DNA of 64,000 bases, taken from the NCBI RefSeq assembly GCF_009914755.1, contig NC_060927.1; one strand, 5' to 3'. The translations under genes and the position numbers were made by a program. Positions 1-12,466 of the stretch are shown here, piece after piece. The notes below the pieces were generated by a model. It did no database searches and had not been told where the DNA came from. It worked only from the letters and a program-made list of their open reading frames with translations. Position 1 is the first letter of the stretch. Every line of letters begins with the position of its first letter. This DNA comes from the human T2T-CHM13v2.0 reference genome, Homo sapiens.

Positions 1-258
1 ACTTGGTAAAGAAGCAGCAATCCCTTGTATTAGCCATGAGAGGGGGATGGTTGGTCACTTCTGTGGCTTGTACAATGTACATGTTTTGTTGTGTTCAGAC
101 ATGGTCATGAAGTGGTCTTGTCTTTGTCATGCTCCACCATCATCACAGAGTAGCCTGGTCTGACACTGATGCTCTGTGAAGTTATTTTCAACAGGAGAGC
201 ACTAAAGTCTAGCTGTGATGCCAGCCGGCTCCAAGAGGTCAGGCTGCTTTTCTTCTCA
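1..258 (-). mobile_element. ERVL-type solo LTR fragment (LTR41-like), truncated by window edge
   Basis: Reverse complement begins TGAGAAGAAAAGCAGCCTGAC...CACAGCTAGAC...TCTCCTGTTGAA...GACAAGACCAC...ATGTCTGAACAC, resembling a remembered LTR41-group consensus; subfamily uncertain. Confidence 0.55.
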
Positions 259-559
259 TGTCACACACACACTCCCAGTTGGTTACCCTGGCAATTTTAC
301 TTAATGCTTTCATTCATCATAGCAAGAGGTGATTCAAAATAAATGAACTTGATTTTTTTTTTAAAAAAAAAAAAGCTTTGGTATAAAAGCACCAACAGTA
401 AACACAGAACCCAGTTAAACACAGAGCTATATCTAAATGAATATTATAAATATGGTTATAATATATCAAAAGCGATCATGAAATGAGACATATAAGCCAT
501 ATAATAATAGTTTAATAATAAGAATTTAGGTATAACCCCCAAATTATATTAACAAGAGT

Positions 560-890
560 AAAGAATGAAAAATGGAGAGTAGGAGAAAGTTGAAATGTAG
601 AGCATTTCTCATTTTAGAGAATGGGAGGTCAAAAGACAATGGTTCTTTTTCTTTTTTTTTTTTCCTCTATCAAGTTTGGAGAAATAAAGGTGCCATACGT
701 TTTTGAAAAACTTAATGAAAACTACTTGTAGTGCTAATAAACAGAATGTGTACCTTCCAAATGATTACAGAAAATAAAAGCCACCCCTAAAAAATTGTAG
801 CATCAGACAGAAAACAAAGAAACTAATCAAAAGCATTTTTTAAGCATAAAACAAAATGGCTGAAATAAGACCAAAAGTCTTACTCATTCA
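560..890 (+). mobile_element. Ancient L1M fragment (inter-ORF/ORF2 start region)
   Basis: A-rich, ends AAAATGGCTGAAATAAGACCAAA as typical just at the old L1 ORF2 start. Confidence 0.45.
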
Positions 891-1013
891 TTTGTCTTCC
901 CTCCTTTTCTTACCCCTGCTCTTGCCTTAGACCAGGCCCTGATCTGCTCTCTGTCTTCTAAAATACAGCATACAGCCTCCTAATCAGCCTCTCTCCCTCA
1001 GATCAGATCTTTG

Positions 1014-1322
1014 CAGAGCAGAGGCTGCACTCATGCTATCATTTGTAGAGTGGGGACATTGGCAAACTGTTGATTACAGGTGTGCAATGAGGAGAGAACA
1101 GAGATTAAGACAAGCATGTGAAGCTTTTGTAGCAATTTGACAAGCTATTTTGTGTCTGTTGAAACTAATAATTAATAATTGGTGCTTGCATTTTGTACCT
1201 TTTTATTACATTTTTCTAGTAACTCATTTTTTATTATAGTTTCTAAAAATATCAGTCTGTAATATATGAGAAAAGGCAGAAAACAGCTGGTCCTTCACCA
1301 CGGATGGTTTGAGAAGCCCAGA
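1014..1322. mobile_element. hAT-Charlie non-autonomous DNA element inserted in an L2 fragment
   Basis: Terminus GGTCCTTCACCACGGATGGTTTGAGAAGC is Charlie-MITE-like; L2-like sequence on both sides (~900-1010, ~1330-1400). Confidence 0.5.
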
Positions 1323-1899
1323 GCATATCTAAGTGAATTCCATGGAATCTGTCACTTCTCTGCCCACAAACATTCAGTGGCTCCCTCCTGTTCCTAACAA
1401 TGATTCTTCTTTTCCTGCCTCCACACTATTCCTATGGGCAACATTGCCTATCAGTCATGCCTCTTATTATACAGGGATTCTCAAAGGGAGAGGGCAGAGA
1501 CGAAAATCTCAAACCTGGAAGGAAAGCAGTAGGAATGTGCACTTTGAAACATAAAACCCTAAAGATTTGGATACATCTGCAGTGTGTGTGTCCCCTTCCC
1601 TTCCTCCTCCGCTACCCTCAGGCCACACCTCCAGGCCCTCCCCAACAGCACCCCCAGAACTCAGGAGCTCAGAGATTGCACCCTGGACACACCCCGCAGT
1701 CCCCTGCCTGCCCCTTTTCTCTTCTTCCAAGACTGTCACCTCTCCCCTCCACCACACTCTGCTCCTTCTTGAAGCCCCAACTCAAAAGTCATGCTTTCCT
1801 GTTCCCTCCTTCCCAACCCCTCCCAGGCAAATTTTCTTGCTCCTTTGAGGCAAAAGCTCCATACACATACCTAACTTTGACACTGAGGCTTCAATTTTA

Positions 1900-2400
1900 G
1901 GGGTTTTCCTAAGGACAAAATTAGGGTTTATGTACAAATTTATCTATAAAATTATTAAATTCAGAGTAGTACAGGATTGGTTAAATAACTAACTTCTGTC
2001 CATACAATAGAATAATACACAGCTACTAAAAATTTTGAAGAAGAATGCATGTAACATGGAAATATGTTTGCAATGATCTGTTAAGTAAACAAGTAGATTA
2101 TAAAATAAAATGTGTAGGTACATATATGGGAAATGTTTAAATGTTATTTAAATATAGTGATAAATATAAGCATAATATAGATCTAGTTACAGATAAAGAC
2201 ACACACACAGACAAAGGGACAGGCACAAATGTAGGCCAAGATACAAAGATGCATACAGATGCAGATACAGACCAAATGTGAAGAAGTGTTATTTCTGTGT
2301 TATGGGATTATAAGTAGTTCCGGTTTTTCTCTTTTTTCCTATCTGTATGTTCTACCAGAAATGTTGATTATTTTTTGCAATAAGAAAAAAAAAGTTAAAG
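1900..2400 (+). mobile_element. L1M (L1MC/ME) 3' end fragment
   Basis: CCATACAATAGAATAATACACAGCTA...ACATGGAAATATGTTTGCAATG...GTTAAGT motifs and A-rich tail. Confidence 0.6.
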
Positions 2401-3363
2401 AATTAATTGTTGCCCATGCAGGTTGCCATGGAGCTCTGCACAGTCTTGGAGGAAAGCACTTCCCCTTGTACCTTTGGTTGTTTACTTTGCCAGCTCCCAC
2501 TGGATGTGGTCCCAGGAGGTAGAATCACCTGGCAAACACAGCATCCCAACACTGAACAGTCTCCAATGACACATTTGCAGAACTAAACTGAATGTGTTGA
2601 ATTGCCCGAAGACAAACACTGAACAGTCAGGCATCCATGCCATTTCCCAGGAAACCAAAAATTGAATTGATCAAAATGACCAGGGCAGCTGGACTCATGA
2701 AACATGAGTCTTTAGTACTCACCTGTCTGGATGAAGTGTGAGTTGAACTTGGTCAAGGGAAACGTGAAAAAACCCTATTGGAAGTGCCCGTTAACCTTAA
2801 TGGACACTGCATTAAGCAGCCCTCCCCAGCTGTGTTTGTGGAAGAAGCCTGGGCTGTGATGACTCATCCAGTGGGTATTGATTCTTTTCAGGTAGTTCAG
2901 AGGGAAAGTTTTTCGTGAAACTGCCTGGGAAATGGGGCAAGTCCCCAGAATGAGCATATTAGCAGATATGATTTTTCACTTAGTTTCTGTGTGTTTGTGT
3001 CTCTGTATAATAATAATGCTCTCTGAAACGTATAGACTGGCTTTCCCCTGAAGAGGATACAGTTCTTTCACACATATTGAGCCCAATTTTCCCATTTCTC
3101 AAGTTTCTCTCAAAGAGTGTGAGTACTTCAAGACACATTAGCTCTGCAAAGCGTCTGGACTTTTATTTACTGACAGACGGCTACTGCTGAAGGAATCAAG
3201 GCAGCTTAACGCCATCTGACTGTGTTGGCTTCCAGACACTCACAGCCTCCCAGGGCCTCTCATTCATCCTTATACATCATGTGTGAAAGAGCTAGCGGCA
3301 GGTAGAGCATCACACAATTATAGAGACAGAGGCACTGTGCATTGCCTAGCACTGTAAACCTAT

Positions 3364-3806
3364 TCTAGTGAGTTGAATGGTGGCCTCCAAAAGGTATGTC
3401 CGTCCAGAGCCTCAGAACGTGTCCCTTATTTGGAACAAAGGTCTTCACATATGTGATTTGGGTAAGCATCTGAAGATGAGATCATCCTTGACTAGGGTGG
3501 ACTCTAAATCCAATGGCCTGTCCTTATAGGATAAGAGAGGGAGAAATTAACACAGAAACACACTGAGAAGAAGGCCATGTGAAGACAGAAGCAGAGATTG
3601 GAGTGATGCTGCTATAAGCCAAGGACCTCCAGGAATCACCGGAAGCTGGAAGAGGCCAGGAAAGATTCCTAGAGCCCTTGGAAAGAGCACAACCCCATCT
3701 GACAATTTGACTCTGGCCTCTAAAACTGTAAGCAAACAACCTTCTGTTGTCTTCCGCCACCAAGTTCGTGGTTAATTTGTTGCAGCAAACCCAGGAAACT
3801 AATATA
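3364..3806 (+). mobile_element. MaLR solo LTR, MLT1B/C
   Basis: GAGTTGAATGGTGGCCTCCAAAAGGTATGTCC start; GAAGGCCATGTGAAGACAGAAGCAGAGATTGGAGTGATGC; ends GGAAACTAATATA. Confidence 0.9.
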
Positions 3807-4124
3807 TTAATAAAATCATGATTCTAGAGTATACTAAACAGATTGAAGAAATCACATGAGCTCATGGAACTATATGTGTGTTCACAAGCTTGCAAGCTTA
3901 GGCTTAATTTTTCAGCCCTGACTTTTTAAACATATACTCTCCCTCACTTGTGCCATGAACAAGTTAGGGCTAAAAATTATGATCCTAAAAATGGGCACCT
4001 GTTTTAAATAGGATTTGACTTTTAAAACATAAGAAGACAGGATGTTTCCTTTCTCTTCCAGCCCACCCTACCCTCCACTCACCCCTAGACACTATACATA
4101 TCACCAATCTTGAAAGGTAATATG

Positions 4125-4295
4125 TGTAGGAGTTAAGAACATGGGTTATGGAGTCAACCAGACTTGCCTTTCCCTGGATTGCATGACCTTGGCCAAGTCA
4201 CTTAATCTCTCTGAGTTTCAGTTTCTTTATGTGTATACTGGGATAGTGCATGTCATAAGCTTAGCACATGGCCAGGAATATAGTAGTCAGTATTG
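4125..4295 (+). mobile_element. MIR SINE
   Basis: Core TGACCTTGGCCAAGTCACTTAATCTCTCTGAGTTTCAGTTTC. Confidence 0.85.
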
Positions 4296-4549
4296 AAAGT
4301 GTTCAGTCAATACTGAAATAGATAAACAATTGCTAGACTGAAGGACAGATACATAAAGACTGAAACCAATAAGCAGCAGAAAGAAATATAATAAAAAACA
4401 GGACAGTACAGTATAGTACAGTATAATGCAATGCAACAAAACACAGTACAAGTCTGAATACCACTCCTCATCTCCCACTTCAATCTTTGGAGTTTGAAAG
4501 TAATAATTAAATTGTAGGAGTCAAAAACAGAGAAGTTGGATGGGTGGAT

Positions 4550-5290
4550 AAAGCAGGTAGCACTGAATGGAAAAACCCAAGGAAAAAAACCTCTAAGGGT
4601 GCTCAGACTTGTTGGGGGATGGGCAGAGAGCCAGGACAAGCTATAGTCATGGGTACAGCTTCTAGTATCACTGAGGAATGCCCTCTCAAAGAAAACTGAG
4701 TTAGTAGATGCCAGATATCAGCAGTGGGAAGGAGAGAGAGCCACTGTGAGGCTGCCTTAGATCTTGGCCCATACTTGGAGGAGGAGGGGTGAGCAAGGAA
4801 GCTCTGCAGAAAGAAGCTGGAGGTGATTCACTAAATGCCCTGGGGCTGAGGGAGGAATCTTAAGGGACCACTTAGTATAGAAGTACAACAACCAGACTCA
4901 ATGGCATCCTAGAAAACAGATTCCCACCAAAAATATCCTACAGAGCCGGCAAAAAGAGGCCACCATGAGAAATAGCAAGCTTTAAATGTCTATCAGTTTT
5001 GGCTAGCACTAAGACACCCAGCCAAGTGAGAAGACATCTCCCTCTGTGTCTTTTTCCTCCTCTCCCCCACATCACTGGGGAGTGAAACCATGCCTCTGTG
5101 GAGGAAGAGGGGATGAATCAGCAGAAAGCAGCAAGCCAGGACCACTCAGCCTTCTCCACCTGCAGGCTTCTACCCTGAAACAGCCCAATCCAGGGAAGGG
5201 GAAAAGATTTACTGCCAAGTTGAGATTTGTTTATTTCACAAGGAAGGGGATTCTAATCTCTGGATCAAAAGGAGACATAGGACATGAAAT
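4550..5290. mobile_element. Possible ancient LTR (ERVL/Gypsy-type), family unresolved
   Basis: Compositionally LTR-like; TCCAGGGAAGGGGAAAAGATT motif reminiscent of old mammalian LTRs; not confidently recognised. Confidence 0.3.
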
Positions 5291-5619
5291 GATCATATGA
5301 CTTTTACCTAAAACATAAAGTTGCAGTTTTAACACTATGCTAGTCATAATTGTTCAATATACTTCTACCCTTTCTTAAAAATTAAAACATTTCATGAAAG
5401 CCCAGAAAATAGTGTAAAAGGCTGCAAATGTCCACCACTTAAATTCGTTATAATTTGCTTCATCACTCTCTTTTAAACAGAGAGTTATTCAGAATATAAC
5501 CATAACACCACTCTCATCCTTCCTTTCTCATTTGAGAAGAGCCATATTGCTCTAAGACAATAACCTCGATCTTGAAGTTGGTAAATATTATTCGCATGCA
5601 TTTTTCATAATTCATCCAC

Positions 5620-5900
5620 ATCCTTTAAAGTTGTAATGGAGTCAATGGGTGGGAGGATGGAAGAGTGAAGATGGAGACTGGTTGGGAGACTAACAGTGCT
5701 CAGTGAGGGTAATGGTGACATCAGAGGCAGCGGAAGTGGTGGAGACACTAACATGGGCCTTGACTGAAAGTAAATGTGGTCACAGGCAGTGGATATAGTC
5801 ACCTAGAGAGAGGATAAAGAGAAGGAAGAAGGATGAGCTCAGAGTAAGAAGATCTGAAGGAACCACCAAAGAAGCTGTCTACCATACAAGGAAAGAGGTT
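5620..5900 (-). mobile_element. L2 LINE fragment
   Basis: GAGTGAAGATGGAGACTGGTTGGGAGACT...GGTAATGGTGAC purine-rich L2 antisense pattern. Confidence 0.6.
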
Positions 5901-5983
5901 ATGACCAACACCAGAGAAGAGACTGAGTGACTTCCAATTCCAAGCAACAGCCCCATATGCTCATGGATTTTGTGGCCTTATGC

Positions 5984-6172
5984 CAACGGTTCTCAACTGG
6001 GGATAATTTTACCCACTTGGAGACATTTGATTGTCACAACTAGGGGTGCTTCTAGCACTGACTGGGTAGAATCCAGGGATACTGCTACATATCCTACAGT
6101 GCACAGGACAGGCCCCACAACAAAGAATCTTCCAGCCCCAATTGTCAGTGGAGCTAGAGTTGAAAAGCCCTG
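5984..6172 (+). mobile_element. MER20 (hAT-Charlie) DNA transposon
   Basis: TIRs CAACGGTTCTCAAC / GTTGAAAAGCCCTG; internal GGAGACATTTGATTGTCACAACT; imperfect 8-bp TSD CCTTATGC/CTTTATGT. Confidence 0.9.
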
Positions 6173-6324
6173 CTTTATGTTAATGCATACCCAAAATAAG
6201 AATTAGGGCTGGCAAACTTTTTTATTTTGGAAGGCTCTTGGGAATCGTTTTATTAATGTGGTGAGTGGCATAGAAATTTCAAAAAGGAAAAATAAAAGTT
6301 TCACCACGATATAAAGACCATGAT

Positions 6325-6500
6325 TTTTATGTAAGTCACCATAATATATTTGGAAGGGTTGGCTAGCAAAATATATATTTTATATAAGTCACCATAATAT
6401 ATTTGGAAGGGTTCACTATATATATTTGAAATGATTGGCTAGCAAAATTTGTATTTCACTGCCAATCACTACAAAATCTGTATCTCACTACCAATCACCA
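6325..6500. repeat. Cluster of short local tandem duplications
   Basis: Exact 29-mer TAAGTCACCATAATATATTTGGAAGGGTT at 6332 and 6385; TTGGCTAGCAAAAT at 6359 and 6435; imperfect 29-bp tandem at 6443/6472. Confidence 0.9.
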
Positions 6501-6577
6501 TACAGGGAGTTATTAGTGTGCACTTTGAGTTTGTTAGATCTGGATTTAAGTCCCAACTCTGTCTTTTAACAGCTACT

Positions 6578-7159
6578 TGCATCAGGCACAGTTCAATTAA
6601 GGCAGAAGACCATAATAGGTAGTACAAAATAAGGGATTGGAATAGGAGTGAGACCTTACACAATTGTGGGAAAAGCTGCAGAAATAAGGATCACAGAAGG
6701 GGAATTGGGGGGGTCAAAGAAAAGTCACTAGCCAGTCCCCTGGAAGCACTGGCACAGGTGGGCTAGTCAGAGCCTAGGAATCCGGATAGCCTGAAAGTCT
6801 AGCTACTGATGCGGGGCCACAAAAGAGTGCTGGTGGGAAAGTCAACTGAGGAGGTTGCTCTGCATCTGATGGTGGGCCTGGAGCCACTGTTGGTCAGTAG
6901 GGCTATCAGTTGGGAAGAACTGAACGTGGAAAAGAGAATTTGGAGGAAAAGCTTGAATCTGCTGGCACATCTGCATCTGTCTCTCACCACTTCTCACCAC
7001 AACAACCTTCAGAGAGTAAAGGCTGCTGTTCCACTTCCAACTTGCAAATCTCAGCCAAGTTTCTCTTTGGGTCAACTCTAATTCAGAATCATGGAAAGAA
7101 AGAGGGTTCCAGGAAGATGATTCAAGTTTAACTAGTTGACACCACACAAAACCACTACA
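6578..7159 (-). mobile_element. MLT2 (ERVL) solo LTR splitting a MIR
   Basis: Minus strand starts TGTAGTGGTTTTGTGTGGTGTCAACTAG (MLT2 5' end); MIR 5' half at ~6505-6577 and 3' half at 7160-7330. Confidence 0.8.
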
Positions 7160-7330
7160 GATGTGACTGGGCAAGTTACTTCACCTCTCTGAGTCTCAGT
7201 TTCCATATCTGCAAGCTGGTGATAATAGCAATACCCCATGCGATTTTTTGTGAGGATTAATGGAGAGGATATAGGTAAGAAAAACAGCACCTGGCACATA
7301 ATAAGTTGTTGACAAACCTTAGCTACTATC
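7160..7330 (+). mobile_element. MIR (3' half; 5' half at ~6505-6577)
   Basis: TGTGACTGGGCAAGTTACTTCACCTCTCTGAGTCTCAGTTTCC...GTGAGGATTAA...CCTGGCACATA. Confidence 0.9.
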
Positions 7331-8214
7331 GTTGTTGCTGTTGAATAGAGATATATTCTGGAACTGGTATTCCTTCAGATGGTTCACCTTGCAGAGTTTC
7401 ATTGGCTGACCTTGACTTCAGCAAGGAAACTCTAGCATGACTCAATAGACAACTCCTCCCACAAACAGAGGTACTAAAAGGGGAAAAAATGGAGACCAAA
7501 ACAAAACTTACTATGAACATAGTATTTTGTTGGTGACAACAAAAAGGACTAGCCTGAGAAGCTGACTCCTGTAGCTGGGTAGGTATACTGCCATTGGACA
7601 AAGCCATGGCCCCTGTCATTCCTGTTCTCCCATCCACGAAAGAAGGAAAATACAGCCTGTTTCCCCCTCCCTTCTGGGAGGAGTGAGAGCAGACCCAACA
7701 GGACTTTATGAGATGTGAGTGCTCTTTGAGAAAAAAATGCTATCACAGTGCTAGGTAATCTTCACCCTTCATAATGTTGCTTCATCTCCACAATGAGAAA
7801 TGCTTCCTTTGAAGTGCTGCTGGGTATGGATTATCACAGAGTTGGGATTTTAAGGTAATTTTTCCCTCTTGGTATCAGGCACTGATCAGCAAATAGGTTT
7901 ATGAAGAGGGAGTGCCTCCTTGCTGCTGTTCATGATTTCCCATGCCAGAACAGTGGCCAGAAGTGACAGCAAAGCCTCCCAGGAGAATTACTGAATTTGC
8001 CAAGGAGCTAAAATGCACCTCATAGTTTACGTATTAATCCATTATGCTTACTACTGTCACCATATTCATTTATAGACCCAGCGAGCTGTTGAATGGTACG
8101 ATCTCCTCCAGTATCCTTCAGGCTGTAAACTCCTAAGAGATAGCCCCTCCTTTCTCTCACCTTCCTTCTCTGCCAACAGGGGAAGCCACAGACAGCGCAT
8201 TCTGCTATATCAAG

Positions 8215-8380
8215 AATCTCAGAACCTTAAGAGTGGAGCAATCCGTCCAACTCCTTCATTTTCCAAGTATGGACACCAGGGTCTAGAGATGTAAAAACCT
8301 TGATCAAGATCACAGAGTAGGTTAAAGAAACAGAAACAAGCAATCATGGGATCCCTAGTCCAATGCCCTTCCCTCTACAC
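8215..8380 (-). mobile_element. MIR/MIR3 fragment
   Basis: GTCCAACTCCTTCATTTT...CTTGATCAAGATCACAGAGTAG. Confidence 0.65.
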
Positions 8381-9197
8381 CAACAGAAAATAACACTTGA
8401 TGTTGAGCTTTCTCTCCCATACCCACCACTTATATGCTGACAATGTATGTCAATGTGAGAAAATCAGAGCCGAACTAAAGACCAAGTCTTCAGAATATGT
8501 CACGTGGTCCCCCACAAAAAGGCTGCGTTTCAGTGATTCATTATTTAGCAACAGTTTCTGTTGCAATTCATCGTAACTGCATTCTCTTCATCCCCTCCCC
8601 CCACCCCTTTTCCCTCCAGTCAAGATGAATGTAAAGACCTTCTATAGCTCTTCTCTCATGAAATGTTCCTTGGGCTGTAGGAATCCAATTATATTTTTCA
8701 GTGAAATGTTACCTATTAGAGAAAGATTAAAATAAACTGGAAGAAATGAAAACCATCTGTGACCTCGAACTTTTTTTTTCCCCAGGGTCCCTCTTCCATG
8801 AAAGTAGGGTTTTGGAGACCTATCTGGGGTCCACTGCCCAGTGATCCTACCAACTAGTGACCCTTTTTTCTAACATCTGTTGTGCATTCAGTTGGGCCTA
8901 GCCCTTCACCTTGAAACCACAAGCCTATCATCATGCTGTAAGGCCAATGAAAAGAAGGTGTCTTTTCTTGCTTTAGAGACAGTCTCTCTTCTGGATTCTT
9001 CGGTCTTCTTGTTCCCACCCTGTCTCTCAACCTGCTCCTGCTCCCATACCTCCCCTCTCTGGCACTGGCCACTGGAACCTAATACACCGGCTCTCTCAGA
9101 TTCACCTCAAATGCCTTTTATTCAGGTAGATGATAAATAATGATTGGTTTGTCACAGGCACCGCTGGTTTGTTCTAGGCACTGTGCCAGTGGGTATT

Positions 9198-9589
9198 TGA
9201 CTTAGTCCACTTGGGCTGTCATAACAAAATAGCATAGACTATGTGGCTTAAAAAACAAGAATTTATTTTCTCACAGTTCTGGAGGCTGGAAGTCCAAGAT
9301 CAGGGAGCTGGCATGGTTGGATTCTGCTGAGGGTGCTTTTCCTGGCTTCCTAATGGCTGTCTTCTTGGTATGTCCTCACATGATGGAGAAAGATAGAAAG
9401 AGAGAGATCTCACTTTTCATCTTCTTATAAGGCCATCCATCCTACTGAATTAGGACCCACACTTATGACCTCATTTAATCTTAATTACCTCCAGAAAGCC
9501 CTACTTCCAAATATAGTCAATTGAGGGTTAGAGCTCTAATATGTGAGTTGAAGGTGGGGGTTGGGGAGGACACAATCCAGTACGTAGCA
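9198..9589 (-). mobile_element. MaLR solo LTR, MLT1A-like, inserted in L2
   Basis: TTTATTTTCTCACAGTTCTGGAGGCTGGAAGTCCAAGATCAGGG; ATGACCTCATTTAATCTTAATTACCTCC. Confidence 0.9.
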
Positions 9590-10075
9590 ATGTTATTGTC
9601 TATAAAGACAGACATTTATCAAATAATCACAAAAGCAAACATAAAATTCCAAGTAGTTCTAAGAAGGAGAAGTCACACTGCCAGGAAGGTGTCTGACAGA
9701 GAAATGCAACCTAGTCAGGGAGTTCCAGGAGGACTCTCCCAAGAACGTGTCCCTTGAGCTGAGATGTAAAGGAACAGTAAAAAATTCACAGGCATAGACA
9801 GGAGTGGAGAGGCTTCTAGGCAGAGGAAATAGAATATGCAAAGTCCTTGAGGCAGGAAAATACATAATGAGTTCAAAGTACTCCTCTTAGGGCTAGTACA
9901 GAGAAAACATAACACAAAAGGAGACTGGAAAGTCAGGTCAGCACAGGCAGAGTGTTGTGGAGTGTCATAAGGAGTTTTCATTACTCTAATAACACTAGGA
10001 AGCACAGCAAGATTTAAGGAACAGGAATGGCATAATTAGATTTGCATGTTTGAAGAAGGCACATCTTACAGCGTG
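9590..10075 (-). mobile_element. L2 LINE fragment
   Basis: TTGAGCTGAGATGTAAAGGA; CTAGGCAGAGGAAATAGAATATGCAAAGTCCTTGAGGCAGGAAA. Confidence 0.85.
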
Positions 10076-10519
10076 GATCTGTTGTTCAGATCTAGAATCT
10101 GCACCTACAATGGGCTTCCATTTGTTCCTTTGGATTGATTTTACTCCCTACAGCACCAAGTAACAACCTAATTCCCAAAACTCCATGTTTTAGGGGCCCA
10201 CATGGCCTGCATTGCTGGCAATTTTATCTTGTTCTTACAGAAAACTTATACAGCTCATGATGCAGTTTTGTGGGGAGTTTTTTGTATACATGGCACTCAA
10301 CTAAACTTCTGGTTCATAAGCTTTTGGGAGGCTATAACTTTGCCTACCATAATAACTGGCCCACATCATAAGCCCTCAAAAGCTAATCAGTTAAACACAT
10401 CTTTTGATTAACTAAATAAATGACTTCATGAACTCCCTTAGAGAGCAATTTTCCCTTTGAAGAGGTTATGAGTAGCTCTAGTTGAGCCCAGATTCCATCT
10501 GATCTTCTAGTCTTTTGGG

Positions 10520-10690
10520 CTGTAATAGGAAATACTATCCTACAGGTGGTTCAAAGCTCTATGAAGGACCTACATACAGAGAGGTGTGGGCAGACTTAAG
10601 GAGCGAAGAAGTGATGTGTGGCACCCAGAGAGCCGCCATATTGTGGAGATAATACCCCCACTCCACCCTCAGGGTTTCAACACCCCATAG
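10520..10690. mobile_element. Old ERVL-type LTR remnant
   Basis: ACAGAGAGGTGTGGGCAGACTTAAGG...GGCACCCAGAGA motif shared with old ERVL LTRs. Confidence 0.4.
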
Positions 10691-12466
10691 AAATATTGAC
10701 TTTGACCTAATTTTATTGCTGTCCTCCAATTCTTCTTCTCCCTACCAAGTGGTAGAATTTGAATCTCTCTTCATAATGGAGAGAATTTCTAATGCCATAT
10801 CCTGTACCTTTCCATATCCAGTATTAATTCTCAGATCTGAGTCCTCAAGGCTCAGACTATTTCAAACCATGCCTCCTTGGAGACTCAGAATAAAAATACC
10901 TTTTATCTCAAGGTACTTGAGATAAAGTACCCAGTTCTCACAAATCAAAATCAACTTGGCTTTCATACTATAGTTCCAGTCATGGACTCTCAAAACTCTT
11001 GAAAGTTGAAGACAACAATGATGTCTTTGTTATATACTGTACCTACCTTCCCCTAAAGCAAAGAATGCTATTGATTTAGGTAGGGAGAGAAGGGGGAACA
11101 ACAATTAGAAGTACCTAGGGATTCCTAGAAGTGAAACAACATCCATCTTAAAAATACCATCCTGCTGCATTTTTAAGCATGAAGGGTACTACTCAGTAGG
11201 GAAGTGTGAGGAACTCTGCAGTTCCACATTGACCTCCCCTTGGGAAGCATGTTTGAGTTCATAAGAATTACAATACAAAAGATTATGTTCAAGCTTTTTT
11301 TCTAGTTACAGTCTCACTCTAGTCATGCTTCCTAATGAGGGATGCTCCTCCATCACCTTGGCTGAATTAGATTGAGCTGAAACCTTCTCAGCAACCAGCT
11401 TTCCAAGTACCCTCTTGAATTATTTTTAGGGCTGGCTGATTCTTCCAAAATGTTCAAATTTTACTAATTTCTTTAATGGATAGTAATCTGCTCCTGGTAT
11501 TCTAGGAGTGTGTGATGCAAATGGCCTTCAAGTTATTAAAGAAATTAAGGGCAAGAGAAACGACTTACCTGATTATCCTTAACCCTCCCACATGAGACAT
11601 GATAGATGCCTTCTGGACTCCAGTCTTAATGAAAGGAAATGAGTCCTATTCACTGGAGTAGGGAACAAGGATGAAAGGGCTAAAATTGCTCAACCCTGTC
11701 CACAGTAATTTCCACTTTTGGCCAAGGAGAAGCTAATCTTGTAGTTTGGGTTGGAGGTGGTGGGCCTTGGAGACAAACTTAATGAAGCTTCTTGGGCCAC
11801 ACCTGGCCACAGCTGGCCACAAGGTTTTTCTAGCAATTCATAGATTCATAGTTCACAAAAGCTCCACACTTGTCCATCTCCCTCAAGGTTGTTTTAGCAG
11901 AATGAGAGACTTGTTTCTCATTAATTAAGTAACTCTTCAGACCCACTCCTTAGAAGTAGATGACTAATTATTATTGGCTCAACTACTTCATCTTTCTTAG
12001 TGAGACAAAGTTTAATAACTCCAGGAATTAAAACCATAATAGGCTCTCTTTAACGTCTGTGGGGCTTTTGTGTGTGAAAAAAAAATTGACTAGCATTTGT
12101 ATTTTGTTTAATGTTCAATTCATTAGACTCCTGTATTAGACTCAAGGAAACTTTGAAAGCCTATTTTTTAAGCACTTAGTCATTGATTACAAGTTTTGAT
12201 TAATTCAATTCCCATATACAATTTAAACTGCAATAACAAATTTAGTATGGCTGATTTTTCAAAAGCTTCCAATGCCTTTAAGAACAGACAAAACAAACAA
12301 AAGTACAATGATTTCAAAACTATTTAAAACTCTTTCAGCAAAAAGTGGCTATATAAATGTTAAAATCCTGAATTTAACTTTTTTAAAAAAATATTTATTC
12401 TTTTTAGGGATTTCGACTTCCACAGCTTCCTAGAGTTTTGGTAATTTTACCAGACACCATTCTTTT

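Noticed and set aside
1400-1900. 166-aa Pro-rich ORF
   Set aside because: C-rich composition explains the lack of stops; no homology recognised
10100-12450. Possible ERV/Gypsy internal coding remnant
   Set aside because: Spot translations showed no gag/pol/env motifs; cannot be supported without an HMM search
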